Positions 28,690 through 39,351 of a DNA stretch of 64,000 bases are shown here, one piece after another; the stretch's first letter is position 1; the number at the start of each line of letters is the position of its first letter. The DNA comes from Candidatus Atabeyarchaeum deiterrae (lineage in GTDB: Archaea > Asgardarchaeota > Atabeyarchaeia > Atabeyarchaeales > Atabeyarchaeaceae): positions 2,400,001-2,464,000 of the forward strand of contig CP147780.1 of assembly GCA_037310415.1 (NCBI GenBank), written 5' to 3'. The notes under the pieces were generated by a model, which searched no databases, was not told where the DNA came from, and was given only the letters and a program-made list of their open reading frames with translations. Position numbers and translations under genes: made by a program.

Positions 28690-29757
28690 TTGCTGATTGC
28701 AGACAGTGGAAAGGAAGCCATGTTCTATCATTCCCTTGGAAATAGTAGTGTGAAATGCAACCTTTGTGCCAGAACGTGCACCATTTTGGATGGGAAGACT
28801 GGTTTCTGCCGTGTCAGGAAAAACGTGGGGGGGAAGCTCTATAGTCTGGTCTACGGCAAAGTCATCGCCGCCAGCGCAGACCCGATTGAAAAGAAACCGT
28901 TGTCACATTTCAACCCTGGTGCATTTGCATTCTCTATAGCCACGGTCGGCTGCAATTTTAGGTGCAGTTATTGTCAGAACTGGAATATAAGCCAAAGCGA
29001 AGAGATTGAGGGGGAGAACCTGCCACCTGAAGATGTCATAAGACTTGCGAAGAGAAGCGCCTGCCAAGGCATTAGCTACACCTATACCGAGCCAACCATA
29101 TTCTTTGAGTATGCCTACGACTGTGCTCAAGCTGCTCACCGAGAGGGTTTGTTCAATACCTTTGTGACAAATGGGTACATGACGACTGAAGCAGTAAAGA
29201 CGATTGCCCCCTACTTAGATGCTGCCACTGTTGACTTCAAAGGCGGCGGCGATCCAGAGTTCTACAGGAAGTTCTCGTCTGTTCCAGATGTACGGCCAAT
29301 ATTCGACAGCCTAAGAGAGATGAAGGCAAACAACATACACGTTGAAATAACAAACCTCGTTGTGCCAAGGCTCGGAGACTCATTTGATAGGATAAAAGAA
29401 CTCTCGGCATGGATCACGGAGAATCTTGGCGGAGAAACTCCGTTTCATCTTCTAAGATTCCATCCTGACTACACGTGCAAAGATATACCTGCAACCCCAC
29501 TGTCGACTCTTGAGAAGGCCAGGGAAATAGCGAAGTCTGAAGGTCTGAAGTATGTTTATACTGGAAACATGCCAGGGCACGAAAGTGAGAACACGTACTG
29601 CCCAAATTGTGAAGAACTCGTAATATCACGCTACGGATTCTACGTTGATTCCTGGAAACTCAAAGACGACATGAAATGCCCAAAGTGCGGAGAAAGAATA
29701 CCAATCAGAGGCAAATACTGGAAAGGAAAAGCGGCTCGGTCAGCTCTATTTTTCTAA
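28690..29757 (+). CDS. amrS: AmmeMemoRadiSam system radical SAM enzyme
   Basis: CNLCARTC..GFCRVR, DPIEKKPL, GCNFRCSYCQNWNISQ, YTYTEP, RFHP, YTGN, NTYCPNC. Confidence 0.92.
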   Translation: MLIADSGKEAMFYHSLGNSSVKCNLCARTCTILDGKTGFCRVRKNVGGKLYSLVYGKVIAASADPIEKKPLSHFNPGAFAFSIATVGCNFRCSYCQNWNISQSEEIEGENLPPEDVIRLAKRSACQGISYTYTEPTIFFEYAYDCAQAAHREGLFNTFVTNGYMTTEAVKTIAPYLDAATVDFKGGGDPEFYRKFSSVPDVRPIFDSLREMKANNIHVEITNLVVPRLGDSFDRIKELSAWITENLGGETPFHLLRFHPDYTCKDIPATPLSTLEKAREIAKSEGLKYVYTGNMPGHESENTYCPNCEELVISRYGFYVDSWKLKDDMKCPKCGERIPIRGKYWKGKAARSALFF

Positions 29758-30061
29758 TGCAAAGAGATCCCAAAGCGCAAATCCGATGATACAGGGAGCG
29801 GGCAGGGTCCCAAAAAGACTCCTTCACGAATCTGACTCTTGTATCTAGCTTGGTTGAGTATTCCCTCTTCCTCGCCCAAGGGAGAACCTGCCCATGTCAC
29901 GATAGCGCCAAACCATCTTAAATACTTTGATAGTCAACCTCTTGGAGCAATGGATATGTTACCAAGGCTTCATGATCCTTTGTAGAAACATTCGAGTCTC
30001 ACCAGAAAGTCGAAACCTTCACGGCTTGGATTATCTTGTACAGAGCACTCAAGTCTTGTGC

Positions 30062-31405
30062 TCACAGCCGAAGATTCGCCTTTGCATTCAATTTGTTCCA
30101 ATAGTATCTATAACTCAATGGCGCCACGTCGTTGCTTCCGATTCCCGCGGAATTGGAAATCCACTTGGGGATAGCATCATAGACCGTCTTAGAACATCTT
30201 TCCGTAAACTCACGCAATGACTTCTGTTCTGATTTTGAATGTTTCATTGTCTGTTGCCTTAGCGCATTAGCCTCTTTGATGAAGCTAATCTGAAGTTTTC
30301 TGATTTCATTCTTCACGGGAGGGGCCCTTTTGAGGTAGTCAAGTTGGACTACTCTGGCCAGTTTCTCGTGTATCCACCAAGGTGAACGATCATCGTACTT
30401 TGCTCCGCCCTCTGAGAATATCCTTGATGGTCCAGCACCGCTCAAATACACTGGTATGAAAACACTAACGCAGGGATAGGCCGTTCCTGTTAGCCAGTGT
30501 GTTGCAACGTTGTCAGCCAAGTGACCTACATAGCTTCCAGCAGATGAGCTGAAAGCCGCTGAACTTGCATGCATACAGACATTGCCCATTGTTGCTTTGG
30601 GTGGAGACCATAAATCTGATTTCTCACCATGGTCTCGCAGAATGTTCATCATAGTTTCAACGGTGACCGAACCCTTAGCCGCCATGAGGAGACCTAACGT
30701 TCTTTTGCTACGTTCCTCGCAAGCTGTGCCCAAGCGCATGCCCGGATTAGAATAATCTCTAGTGAAGTCGAAGTCGGCTTTGGACTTGCACCACCCTTTC
30801 TCTATGGCATGATCGACCAGGTCTGGCGACGCAAGATCCCACTTTGTTTGAATCGTGTACCCATTTGAAATACTACGCACGTCATGGACTCGCTCTGCAG
30901 CCCAGAAACGGTCAGCCGTTTCGAGAACCCATGCGTCACGTGGATCGGCGATTATGAAAGTATTGTGATATGTCTGCTGCTCCTCAGCGCTGGCATTACC
31001 ACCTTGCCCATACTCTTTCAATAGCAGAGTTATAATATCAAGCGCTTTCCTAGCAGTGTCAGCCCGTTCGAGTGCAATCCTTAGGAGGTCCATTCCCAAC
31101 AGGCCATTCTTCTGGTATGGTTCCTTGGACCATGCGGATTCGTTTCCAATCGCCACCCCAAATTCATTGGCGCCCATCTCAGCGCCCCATATCCAATAAG
31201 GCGCGGAAAGCACGACTTCATAGGTCTCAGGCGCTTGTGGTATTTCTATATAGGTGCAGCGAAGTGTTGAATTGGGAGGATACCTGCTTCGCGGAAAATA
31301 GCGTATGACCTGACATTCATTCGGGTCGCGGTCACTGTTCTTGGCAATAATCACGGAGCCATCTTCGGTCGAGTTGCCGAGTGCAACCAGAGTGTCACAC
31401 AACAC
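30062..31405 (-). CDS. Peptidase C69 / secernin-like dipeptidase
   Basis: N-terminal CDT nucleophile, AKNSDRDPNECQ, WGAEMGANEFGVAIGNE, LLGMDLLRIALER. Confidence 0.93.
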   Translation of the reverse strand: MLCDTLVALGNSTEDGSVIIAKNSDRDPNECQVIRYFPRSRYPPNSTLRCTYIEIPQAPETYEVVLSAPYWIWGAEMGANEFGVAIGNESAWSKEPYQKNGLLGMDLLRIALERADTARKALDIITLLLKEYGQGGNASAEEQQTYHNTFIIADPRDAWVLETADRFWAAERVHDVRSISNGYTIQTKWDLASPDLVDHAIEKGWCKSKADFDFTRDYSNPGMRLGTACEERSKRTLGLLMAAKGSVTVETMMNILRDHGEKSDLWSPPKATMGNVCMHASSAAFSSSAGSYVGHLADNVATHWLTGTAYPCVSVFIPVYLSGAGPSRIFSEGGAKYDDRSPWWIHEKLARVVQLDYLKRAPPVKNEIRKLQISFIKEANALRQQTMKHSKSEQKSLREFTERCSKTVYDAIPKWISNSAGIGSNDVAPLSYRYYWNKLNAKANLRL

Positions 31406-31532
31406 GAATCAACTCCCCGTACTTGATGTGAGTCGATCTATTTCATGAGTCACCATATCAGCTCTAAGTATATTCGTTAAATAGGTTACTTAAGAATTCT
31501 CTTCTCAGAGAATTGATCAGGCGTAACATTTA

Positions 31533-32597
31533 GTGCGGGACTACTTGTTGAAGGTAGTTAGTAGCCTTCATGTTTTTATATGTGATAAGCTGATAGGTAA
31601 CCAACTAGGGGGATCTTGCTTATTGAATCAGGAGGATGCCGAATCGGAGGACAAGAAGGGAGCAGCAACCTCCTTCAGTGAGCAACCTCCAGCAAAGGAG
31701 AACGCCTGCCCTGTCTGCGGCTCTGAGAACATAGTCTTCGACAGAGAAAGGGGAGAAGTGACCTGTGGTAACTGCGGAACCGTGATAGGCGCTTACATTG
31801 ATCACGGTTTGGACACAAGATCCAGAGTCACCGATAGAGGTGAGAAGATAGGGATAGGCTCGACTGAGACTCTAACAAGGGTCGACAAGGGGCGCTCATC
31901 GTTTATCAAAGGAGTAAAGGATGCACATGGAAAACAGATGTCTCCGACTCAGAGAGAGCGCGTAAGAAGAATAACTAGAGTTCAGAGGCAGTTGTACGTT
32001 TCCACTTCAATTGAGAGAAACATGAAGATAGCGCTGCGAGAATTGAATAAGCTTACAACACTTCTTAATCTGCCGAGAACGCTAAGAGAGTCAGCAGTTA
32101 TTTACTACAACAAGCTGGTCAAGGAAAAACTGACATGGGGTCGGCGTATCGAGGAAGTCGTTGCAGCGGCTGTCTTCATAGCGAGTAGACTGGCGGGGAT
32201 ACCCCACGACCTCGAGGAGATCAGCCAATATGCGGAGGTAAAGGAGAAGAATGTCGGTAGAGCCGTGAGGCTGGCGTTGGATAAACTGAAGATACGTCTT
32301 CCTCCGCCCTCGGCCAAGAACTACGTCCCCAAGTATGTCTCGGATCTTGGTTTGCCGTACGAGGTTGCCTCTCGCGCCATCAGACTTCTCGAAGAGGTTG
32401 AAGCAAAAGGTCTAGCAACTGGAAGAGATCCCTCTTGCCTTGCAGGAGCTGCAATCTATATTGCCACTAAGCTTGAGGGGAGGCCGAAGACGCAGATCGA
32501 AGTCGCGGGAGTTGTGCATTGCAGCGAACTAACAATAAGGAACAGGAGCAAAGAGATGGGGAAGTTCCTTGGCATAGATATCAAGATCGGAGGATGA
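31533..32597 (+). CDS. tfb: Transcription initiation factor IIB (divergent paralog)
   Basis: Zn ribbon CPVC...CGNC and two cyclin repeats (GRRIEEVVAAAVFIA, GRDPSCLAGAAIYIA, SELTIRNR). True start is probably the TTG near 31623. Confidence 0.92.
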   Translation: MRDYLLKVVSSLHVFICDKLIGNQLGGSCLLNQEDAESEDKKGAATSFSEQPPAKENACPVCGSENIVFDRERGEVTCGNCGTVIGAYIDHGLDTRSRVTDRGEKIGIGSTETLTRVDKGRSSFIKGVKDAHGKQMSPTQRERVRRITRVQRQLYVSTSIERNMKIALRELNKLTTLLNLPRTLRESAVIYYNKLVKEKLTWGRRIEEVVAAAVFIASRLAGIPHDLEEISQYAEVKEKNVGRAVRLALDKLKIRLPPPSAKNYVPKYVSDLGLPYEVASRAIRLLEEVEAKGLATGRDPSCLAGAAIYIATKLEGRPKTQIEVAGVVHCSELTIRNRSKEMGKFLGIDIKIGG

Positions 32598-32893
32598 GGA
32601 TCTCCACAGGCGACACGAACTTGTTTCAACCGTGTCCTCTGAAAGTGCAGACTGAGAAGTGCGTGGCCATTCTCTTGGACTGGGTTACTTGCGGTACTAC
32701 CCCTGGCACTTTGTCGATCAGCAAGATACAGAATAGGCTTATATTATTCGGACATCGATTAAACACTAGTGAGTGTTGAATCACGACAAAAGGTTTAACT
32801 TATGGAAGTCAATGCCTAGAATACTCTTGATTACCAGAATCATGCAATTACTACCCGCTCGAAAAGACAACGCATCTAGAGGGGAAGATCAAG

Positions 32894-33430
32894 ATGATTG
32901 AATCACTATACATCGTTGATTCCTCAGGCATATGTCTCTACTCTGCTCCCCTCTCATCCGCAAAACAGGTTGGCTCAGACATGATCTGTGGGTTCATAGT
33001 TGCTCAAAACCAGTATTTTCAAGAAGCATTTGGGGAAAGCACCAAGAAGTTCACGCTAGAGAAAAAAGAGATTCTCATCCAAACTGTTGACCTAAAGAGT
33101 AGAAATGTTCTCTTAGCTCTCTCCTATAACTTGGGTGACAAGAGGGAAGAGAGCTTCGCAAAGACAATTCTCGATGGTCTATCCAGAAGCCTGAAAGGTA
33201 AGGAACAGATCTTCAAGAACCTCCCAGGGATCTCGACAAAGGAGCTAGATGAAGAACTGTCCAAGATTCTTGAGAAGACACTGAAGAATATTCTCTGCCT
33301 ATATTTAGTCAAAGGGTTCTTAGGTATTACTAATCACTGTCGGAAAACCGATACTCCTATAACTGATGACCGTCCGTGTGACTTCAACTATGCAGTCTTT
33401 CACTGCGATCGGTATAATCTCAAAACCTGA
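32894..33430 (+). CDS. Longin-like domain protein with Cys-rich C-terminus
   Basis: MIESLYIVDSSGICLY...MICGFIVA...F is a typical longin N-terminus. C-terminal C..HC..C..C cluster. Confidence 0.7.
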   Translation: MIESLYIVDSSGICLYSAPLSSAKQVGSDMICGFIVAQNQYFQEAFGESTKKFTLEKKEILIQTVDLKSRNVLLALSYNLGDKREESFAKTILDGLSRSLKGKEQIFKNLPGISTKELDEELSKILEKTLKNILCLYLVKGFLGITNHCRKTDTPITDDRPCDFNYAVFHCDRYNLKT

Positions 33431-34158
33431 TGCGCTGTCTTGATGGAGGTAAGACTATGGTGTCGTTGGCGCCCTTACTGATGTCGACTAACGCTATCCT
33501 TTTCATCGCAGTGGGCCTTATATTGATTGCCAGGGTGAGAGAAGCAAAAGGCTCACTACTCCCTGCAAAAATCAGCGTCGTTCTTGCGACTTTCTCGGCA
33601 GCTGGGACATTCATAACGGAAGCTGTTTCAGCCTTGAACTATCAGAACGTGTTACTAGTAAAACAGCTTTACCCCATTGAAGACCTGTTTGCAATGTTGG
33701 TTCTGGCATTTCTTGTGTCTTTCGCACTTTTTGCAACTTATAGCGGTTTTGATCGAAACGTGGTAGTAGTGCTTGTCTTTTTGTTGGCTCTGATCCCACC
33801 CGCTTATTTGACTCTTTCATATAATGAGGCTGTTGTGGGCGGAATCGATGAATTTGGCACTCTCATCTTCTCATCACCACCTTTGACTCATATCCTGTAT
33901 GCGATATGCGGCATTCCGCTGGGAGTACTGCCAATCTTAGTATTCGCCAGAACCTTTTTGATGGCGAGAAAAAGAGGAGATAAGATGCTGAGCAACAGGA
34001 GTGCGATCATGCTCTCGGCAGTCGCTGTCAACGAGGTATGCTACCTTATCTACGTTTTTGGGGGAGGAATATTCTCGTTGGGTGCGCTTATAGCTTGGAT
34101 ACCGGCAGCATTCTTCCTGCTGTACGCTGTGCTTAAGATTACAAGTTCGATTAAGTAA
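33430..34158 (+). CDS. Hypothetical ~7-TM membrane protein
   Basis: About seven hydrophobic segments. Abuts the longin-like gene (TGATG overlap), with an alternative ATG at 33457 after GGAGGT. Confidence 0.75.
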   Translation: MRCLDGGKTMVSLAPLLMSTNAILFIAVGLILIARVREAKGSLLPAKISVVLATFSAAGTFITEAVSALNYQNVLLVKQLYPIEDLFAMLVLAFLVSFALFATYSGFDRNVVVVLVFLLALIPPAYLTLSYNEAVVGGIDEFGTLIFSSPPLTHILYAICGIPLGVLPILVFARTFLMARKRGDKMLSNRSAIMLSAVAVNEVCYLIYVFGGGIFSLGALIAWIPAAFFLLYAVLKITSSIK

Positions 34159-34269
34159 AACAGCAGGGTCAAGAGCCTGCTCCAAGGCACATTCGGCGAA
34201 ATATCTTCTACGTAGATGAACAAATAGAGCCGGCAATCAAAAAGGATGTTTTGCTGGATAAACCAGCGC

Positions 34270-35079
34270 TTAAAGTTTGTCAATGAAACCTTTGACAGCT
34301 TTGTTGAACTCGCCGGGTGATTCTATCATCGAGTGATGACCTATCTTTGGCTTGATCACTACCAGCTGAGAGTTCTTTATGTGATCCTTCATGTACTGAG
34401 AGTTCTTTGGATCCATCTGCCCATCTGTATCACTTGATATTATTAACACCGGAATGTTGATTTGCGCCAGCTTGTCTGTGCAGTCGTATTCTGCTACCCA
34501 AGATTCGACGCAGTTTGTCAATACGTGTTCTGGGCACTTCAAAGTCTCTTGAACGAATTTCTGGAAAAAGTCTTTGTGTTCATTGATGAACTTCGAGTTG
34601 AACCCTGTCCGATTTATGTTCTCAGCTGCCTGTTGGCGTGATCCCAAGAGTCCTTTCTTCAAGGCTTCCCCTAGTCCCTTCATCCCGGGATTTCCTTTTA
34701 GAGCGTATGTTGTATGACAGAGTATCAGTGCTTTCAGTTTCCTCGATAATGTTGGATCGGTGGCATAGGAAAGAGAAATGAACCCGCCCATAGAGTGACC
34801 GCACAGGACAAACCTCTCCTTGCTTAGAAGTTTATCGAACAACTGATTCGATTCGTCCAGGAACTCACGTACGGTGTAGCGAGCTTGCGGTTTGTCTGAA
34901 GCACCGTGTCCCTTCAAGTCAGGCGTGATGACCCGGTAGTACTTCGAAAGATAAGTGATCTGGTTTTGCCAGACAAAGCTATTCATTGACCACCCATGCA
35001 ACAACACAAGTGGGGGTGCTCCACTTCCTTCTTCCTTGTAGAATATTTTCGTTCCATCCTTCAAATTAAAGAAGGTCAA
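34270..35079 (-). CDS. Alpha/beta hydrolase
   Basis: LLHGW, DLKGHGAS, GHSMGG, IGH. Confidence 0.92.
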   Translation of the reverse strand: MTFFNLKDGTKIFYKEEGSGAPPLVLLHGWSMNSFVWQNQITYLSKYYRVITPDLKGHGASDKPQARYTVREFLDESNQLFDKLLSKERFVLCGHSMGGFISLSYATDPTLSRKLKALILCHTTYALKGNPGMKGLGEALKKGLLGSRQQAAENINRTGFNSKFINEHKDFFQKFVQETLKCPEHVLTNCVESWVAEYDCTDKLAQINIPVLIISSDTDGQMDPKNSQYMKDHIKNSQLVVIKPKIGHHSMIESPGEFNKAVKGFIDKL

Positions 35080-35212
35080 AGCATATTCTCCTCCTTATTT
35101 CGCATTATGAATGCATGATATGCCATTCATTCTTTTGATATTTGTGCTCTTGCATCGCCTTGAAAAAGAAAAGAAGGCTCCTACAAGAGAGAACCTATAT
35201 CAGGATTTCTTG

Positions 35213-36997
35213 TTATGCCTCCTCGGCTTCAGCTGGCGCCCTTTCAGCGACTTCCATTTCCTTCTCTGGCGCCTCAATCTTGGGAGCCTTGACACCTTCA
35301 AGCCAGATCGACAGTATCAATCCCAAGTCTGGAGGCACCAAATGTATGTCTCTATTAACCATGACATCGAGTACTGCTGGGAGATGGCTGTCAACGGCTC
35401 TTTTCAGAGCTGGTTTGATTTCGGTTGGAGACTCCACTCGCTCTCCGTAACAGCCCATAGCTTTTGCCACTTGGTCATAACGGACATCGGTGAAGTCTAC
35501 TCCCTCAAACCTCGATTCGAAGCTCAATTTCTGACCTCCCTTAATCATGCCCCATTGTATGTCGTTGATCACAACTGCTATGATGTTTGCGCCGACGCGT
35601 TTAGCAGTTTCAAGCTCATGTATACTCAGCATGAAAGCCCCGTCGCCTGCAAGCAAGTAGACCGGCGTGTCTGGCTTGGCAAGTTTCGCTCCGATAGCAT
35701 AAGGCAGTCCCACTCCCAGGTGCCCAGAGTCAACAGCCGCCAGAAGAGTTCTAGGTTCATAGAACCTGTTTGCGTATAGCGCCCACACCGAAGTGTTACC
35801 ACCGTCAAGGCAGCAAATGGCGTTTCTAGGGAAAAAGTCTCTAACCTCTTTGATCACCCGCAATGTATGAATCGGTTTGGCGTTTGAAGTCAATGCTGCT
35901 TGGAATCCTTTCAACCAAGCTCTCTGAGCATCCCTCGCCTTCTCGAGTTTTGGATTCTCACTTCTCCTTGAAGTCAGGTTCTTAACTTCTTTCAGCAGTA
36001 GCGACAGAGTTACCTTAGCGTCACCAATTATGGCTATGTCAACTGGACGATTAAGACCAATTATCGAACCAGAGATGTCAATTTGGATGAGCTTCTGCTT
36101 CTCCGGAGTTGCCCACATTATTGGCTTGCCCCACATCTCATAGTCACCGAGCCTTCCTCCGACAAGGAGCACGACATCCGCTTGAGGTTGTGCCGTCAAT
36201 AATCCGTAGCCAGGCGTTACTAAGGCAAGAGGATGATCCTCAGGGACTACTCCTCTGGCTGTCGGTGAAGTCGTGACTGGCGCCGCAAGGTGCTCCGCAA
36301 GCGCAACTAATTCCTTGGAAGCCTCTGATTGTAGCACTCCCCCGCCAGCATGAATCAGCGGGAACTCTGCCTTCACAAGCATCTGTGCTGCCTTTTTGAT
36401 AGCATCAGGGTTTCCTGCTGGAGGATTTAGACATCTGTATGATTCAGGGGGAAGGATAGTTTTGGTGTCAACTTCACCTTGAGTCCAAAGGACATCCACG
36501 GGTAGGTCAACATGCACTGGACCCGGTCTGCCACTCGTGGCTTCTCTGAATGCCCTCTGAATGATTTCGGGAATTCTTTGGAAATGGGACACAACTGCAT
36601 TCCATTTAGTAATGCCTTTGAACAAGGCAAATTGGTCTAATCCTTGCGTGGATCCATGATCAGGATATGATTTCCACGTCTGGTTCTGGGCAGTTAGCGC
36701 TAAGACTGGAATACTATCGGCATATGCTGGATATAATCCTGGAATCAAGTTCGCTGCACCAGGTCCAACTGTCCCCATACACACGCCGGGAATACCAGTT
36801 ATTCGAGCGAAAGCATCAGCCATATTTGCCGCCGCTTCTTCGTGTCGCGCCCCAATGTATTTTATGTCAGCATCTTCGCCAAGCCTTTGAATCGCGTCAA
36901 CAAAGGTTAGCAACTGTCCGCCGACTATTCCAAAAACAAACTTGACTTTTTCCTGCTCCAGACACTTCAGGAGCAGCTCACCGCCAGATAACTTCAA
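35213..36997 (-). CDS. Thiamine-pyrophosphate-dependent enzyme (acetolactate synthase large-subunit-like)
   Basis: LSGGELL, RHEEAAANMADAFAR, GPGAAN, GRPGPV, GDGAFML...ND motif. Start reassigned to the TTG at 36997 behind GGAGGG. Confidence 0.9.
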   Translation of the reverse strand: MKLSGGELLLKCLEQEKVKFVFGIVGGQLLTFVDAIQRLGEDADIKYIGARHEEAAANMADAFARITGIPGVCMGTVGPGAANLIPGLYPAYADSIPVLALTAQNQTWKSYPDHGSTQGLDQFALFKGITKWNAVVSHFQRIPEIIQRAFREATSGRPGPVHVDLPVDVLWTQGEVDTKTILPPESYRCLNPPAGNPDAIKKAAQMLVKAEFPLIHAGGGVLQSEASKELVALAEHLAAPVTTSPTARGVVPEDHPLALVTPGYGLLTAQPQADVVLLVGGRLGDYEMWGKPIMWATPEKQKLIQIDISGSIIGLNRPVDIAIIGDAKVTLSLLLKEVKNLTSRRSENPKLEKARDAQRAWLKGFQAALTSNAKPIHTLRVIKEVRDFFPRNAICCLDGGNTSVWALYANRFYEPRTLLAAVDSGHLGVGLPYAIGAKLAKPDTPVYLLAGDGAFMLSIHELETAKRVGANIIAVVINDIQWGMIKGGQKLSFESRFEGVDFTDVRYDQVAKAMGCYGERVESPTEIKPALKRAVDSHLPAVLDVMVNRDIHLVPPDLGLILSIWLEGVKAPKIEAPEKEMEVAERAPAEAEEA

Positions 36998-37272
36998 GGT
37001 TATTTTTCGCCCTCCATTGGGATTATTTCTTCTTTTTGATCGATAATTGCTATTGCATTCGAACATGAACCTTCTGGATATAATGGTAATATCTGAAGCC
37101 AACCAAGATATCATCTTTTGCATTCTTCGTGGCTCAATAAGTCCGCTCCAATCACTCTGTATTGATATCTTGCCAAAAATGGGAAATGAGGAACCACTCT
37201 TGTCATAACTTTGCGTTTGAAGAACATCTTTCGGAGTGTACGTAAGCTTCAAAAAGAGGTGAAAAGGGATTC

Positions 37273-38433
37273 TTAGGTTCTGCCGTGTTTTCTGAATAGT
37301 AGCACGCCCATGAGGAGCACTGCGATGCTATAGGCTGACAATATTGCCATGTCGACTAGTATGATTGGACTTGTTACGGGGGCGCCTCTCAGCAGCAGTG
37401 ATGTCAAGGCGTCGGTAGCATAGTAGCTGGGTACGAACTGGCTGACTGCCTGCGCTGCAGACAATCCGGTTGTAACATATGTGCCTAGAAACATTAGAGG
37501 TAGTATGAAGATAAACGACAATCCCGTGGCAGCGCCTGAGGACTTGGCTAATGCGGCTGTGATTAGACCGAACCCGATGCAGCACAGCGAGAAGATCGAC
37601 ACGACAATGAATGCCACTATGATGTTTACAATATCGCCTTTTGCATGAAATCCAATGAGAAAAGCCGTCAGAAAGACTAGCGCGGCTTGAATGATTGCCA
37701 TAAGCATGTTGGATATAGCGCGACTTCCTAGGAACTCTGCGGGAGTAGTTGGTGTGATGTTGATTCTTCTCAACACGCCTGTTTGTCGTTCATCCACAAA
37801 TGACTGAGCGACAATCATGATCAGGAAGATTGCGGCGAAAGCGAAGAGACCTGGAGCCATGAAGTCAAAACCCGTATACTTAGTGACCTGCGTCAAAGAC
37901 GGGCTGCCAATCTTAATTGGGCCAGAAGTGGAGGTCTGATGAGATCCGAAGACCGTTGCCACTATTGCTTGTTGGACTATGGGAGGGATAGCTTGCGTGG
38001 CGAAGAGTGATCCGCTGTCAACATAGAGTTGGATCGTCGTGTTTGTCCACAGGCTCGAATTCGTTGGGTACTGTATGAATGAGACGCAGCTTTCGCTGAA
38101 GTTTTCCGGGATGATCATTACAGCCTGTATCCTGCCCTGAACAAGGTCTGCCTGTGCAGCTGCGTTGGTTGAGTAGTCCGAGACTATGATGATTTTGCTT
38201 TCAGTTAGGTTGCCTATTAAGTAGTTTGAAGACTGGTATGGAGGAGTCAAAGGATCTTGGTTGACAACGCCGACTTGGTAAGTAGTCGACCCCCCGCCGA
38301 TCGCCCCGAAGGACACTCCAAGTGCCAAGGTGAGAATCACAGGGAAAAGCAGAAGCAGGAAAAATGCGGCCGGTTCTCTCTTCAGTTTCTTGAGATCAGC
38401 TTTGGTGAGTGCAGAGACTCTTCTGAACTTCAT
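37273..38433 (-). CDS. ABC-2 type exporter permease
   Basis: One TM, an extracellular loop, then five TMs; DERQTGVLRRINITP. Confidence 0.9.
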   Translation of the reverse strand: MKFRRVSALTKADLKKLKREPAAFFLLLLFPVILTLALGVSFGAIGGGSTTYQVGVVNQDPLTPPYQSSNYLIGNLTESKIIIVSDYSTNAAAQADLVQGRIQAVMIIPENFSESCVSFIQYPTNSSLWTNTTIQLYVDSGSLFATQAIPPIVQQAIVATVFGSHQTSTSGPIKIGSPSLTQVTKYTGFDFMAPGLFAFAAIFLIMIVAQSFVDERQTGVLRRINITPTTPAEFLGSRAISNMLMAIIQAALVFLTAFLIGFHAKGDIVNIIVAFIVVSIFSLCCIGFGLITAALAKSSGAATGLSFIFILPLMFLGTYVTTGLSAAQAVSQFVPSYYATDALTSLLLRGAPVTSPIILVDMAILSAYSIAVLLMGVLLFRKHGRT

Positions 38434-38434
38434 C

Positions 38435-39193
38435 TCACACTTCCTCCCTTATTCTTCTGCCCGTCAGCTGAATGAAAACATCTTCCAAGTTCTTTGCACC
38501 AGATCTTGCCTTCAGTTGCTTTGGAGCATCAAGTGAAATGAGTTTTCCGTGATCTATTATGCCGACTCGGTCGCAAAGTTCCTCAGCCTCCTCCATATAG
38601 TGAGTCGTCAGAAGCACGGTCTTGCCCTTCTTATTCATTTCTCTTATGAAATCCCAGACTGCATGACGAGATTGTGGATCCATTCCGACCGTTGGTTCGT
38701 CGAGAAACACTATCTCAGGATCATTAACCAGTGCCATCACCAAGTTTAGCCGGCGTTTCATGCCTCCGCTGTATGTTCCAGCTCGCCTCTTGGCATCTTC
38801 CAGCAAACTCATCTTCGCTAATAGCCCTTCTGTGTTCTTCTTAAGTCTGCCTTTCGGCACCAAATACAGATTTGCGAGAAGCTCAACATTTTCCCTTCCG
38901 GTGAGGTAAGGTATTATTGCTGAATCTTGCGGACAGACGCCTATCATCTGTTTGACTTTCATCGATTCCTTCTGGACGTTGTATCCGCCAACCGTGGCAG
39001 AGCCAGCTGTAGGTTCTACGAGACCAACGAGAACATTGATTGTGGTGGTTTTTCCCGCGCCGTTTGGTCCAAGCAGCCCGAAGAGTTCTCCTTTTGCGAT
39101 TTCAAGGTTCAGTTCGTCAACCGCAGTGATCTCCCCATATTTCTTTGTTAGATCATTTATAATGATTGCTGCCTTTTTCATGTTCTCACTCAT
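38435..39193 (-). CDS. ABC exporter ATP-binding subunit (DrrA-like)
   Basis: GPNGAGKT, YSGGMKRR, FLDEPT, TTHYMEEAE. Confidence 0.94.
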   Translation of the reverse strand: MSENMKKAAIIINDLTKKYGEITAVDELNLEIAKGELFGLLGPNGAGKTTTINVLVGLVEPTAGSATVGGYNVQKESMKVKQMIGVCPQDSAIIPYLTGRENVELLANLYLVPKGRLKKNTEGLLAKMSLLEDAKRRAGTYSGGMKRRLNLVMALVNDPEIVFLDEPTVGMDPQSRHAVWDFIREMNKKGKTVLLTTHYMEEAEELCDRVGIIDHGKLISLDAPKQLKARSGAKNLEDVFIQLTGRRIREEV

Positions 39194-39351
39194 CCCACAT
39201 TTCTAGGAACACTGCCAGCCTTGTGAAACATGATGACTCCTCGAGTAAGCTCCCGCCTACATTGCTTCCTTGAGAGAGTCTTTCGTATAAAAGGCTAGCC
39301 AAATGGATTTGTACTCAAGTGCAAGTGCACTGATCCTTCGACTTGACCTGA

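Noticed and set aside
29780-29840. Possible C/D box sRNA (CGATGA...CTGA)
   Set aside because: Imperfect C box, no internal D'/C' boxes and no terminal stem.
35111-35779. 222-aa plus-strand ORF, and similar long antisense ORFs such as 50032-50655 and 14575-15123
   Set aside because: They overlap well-supported genes on the opposite strand and have no motifs.
36998-37252. 85-aa N-terminal extension of the TPP enzyme given in the ORF track
   Set aside because: Family similarity starts at LKLSGGELL, and a ribosome-binding site precedes the TTG at 36997.
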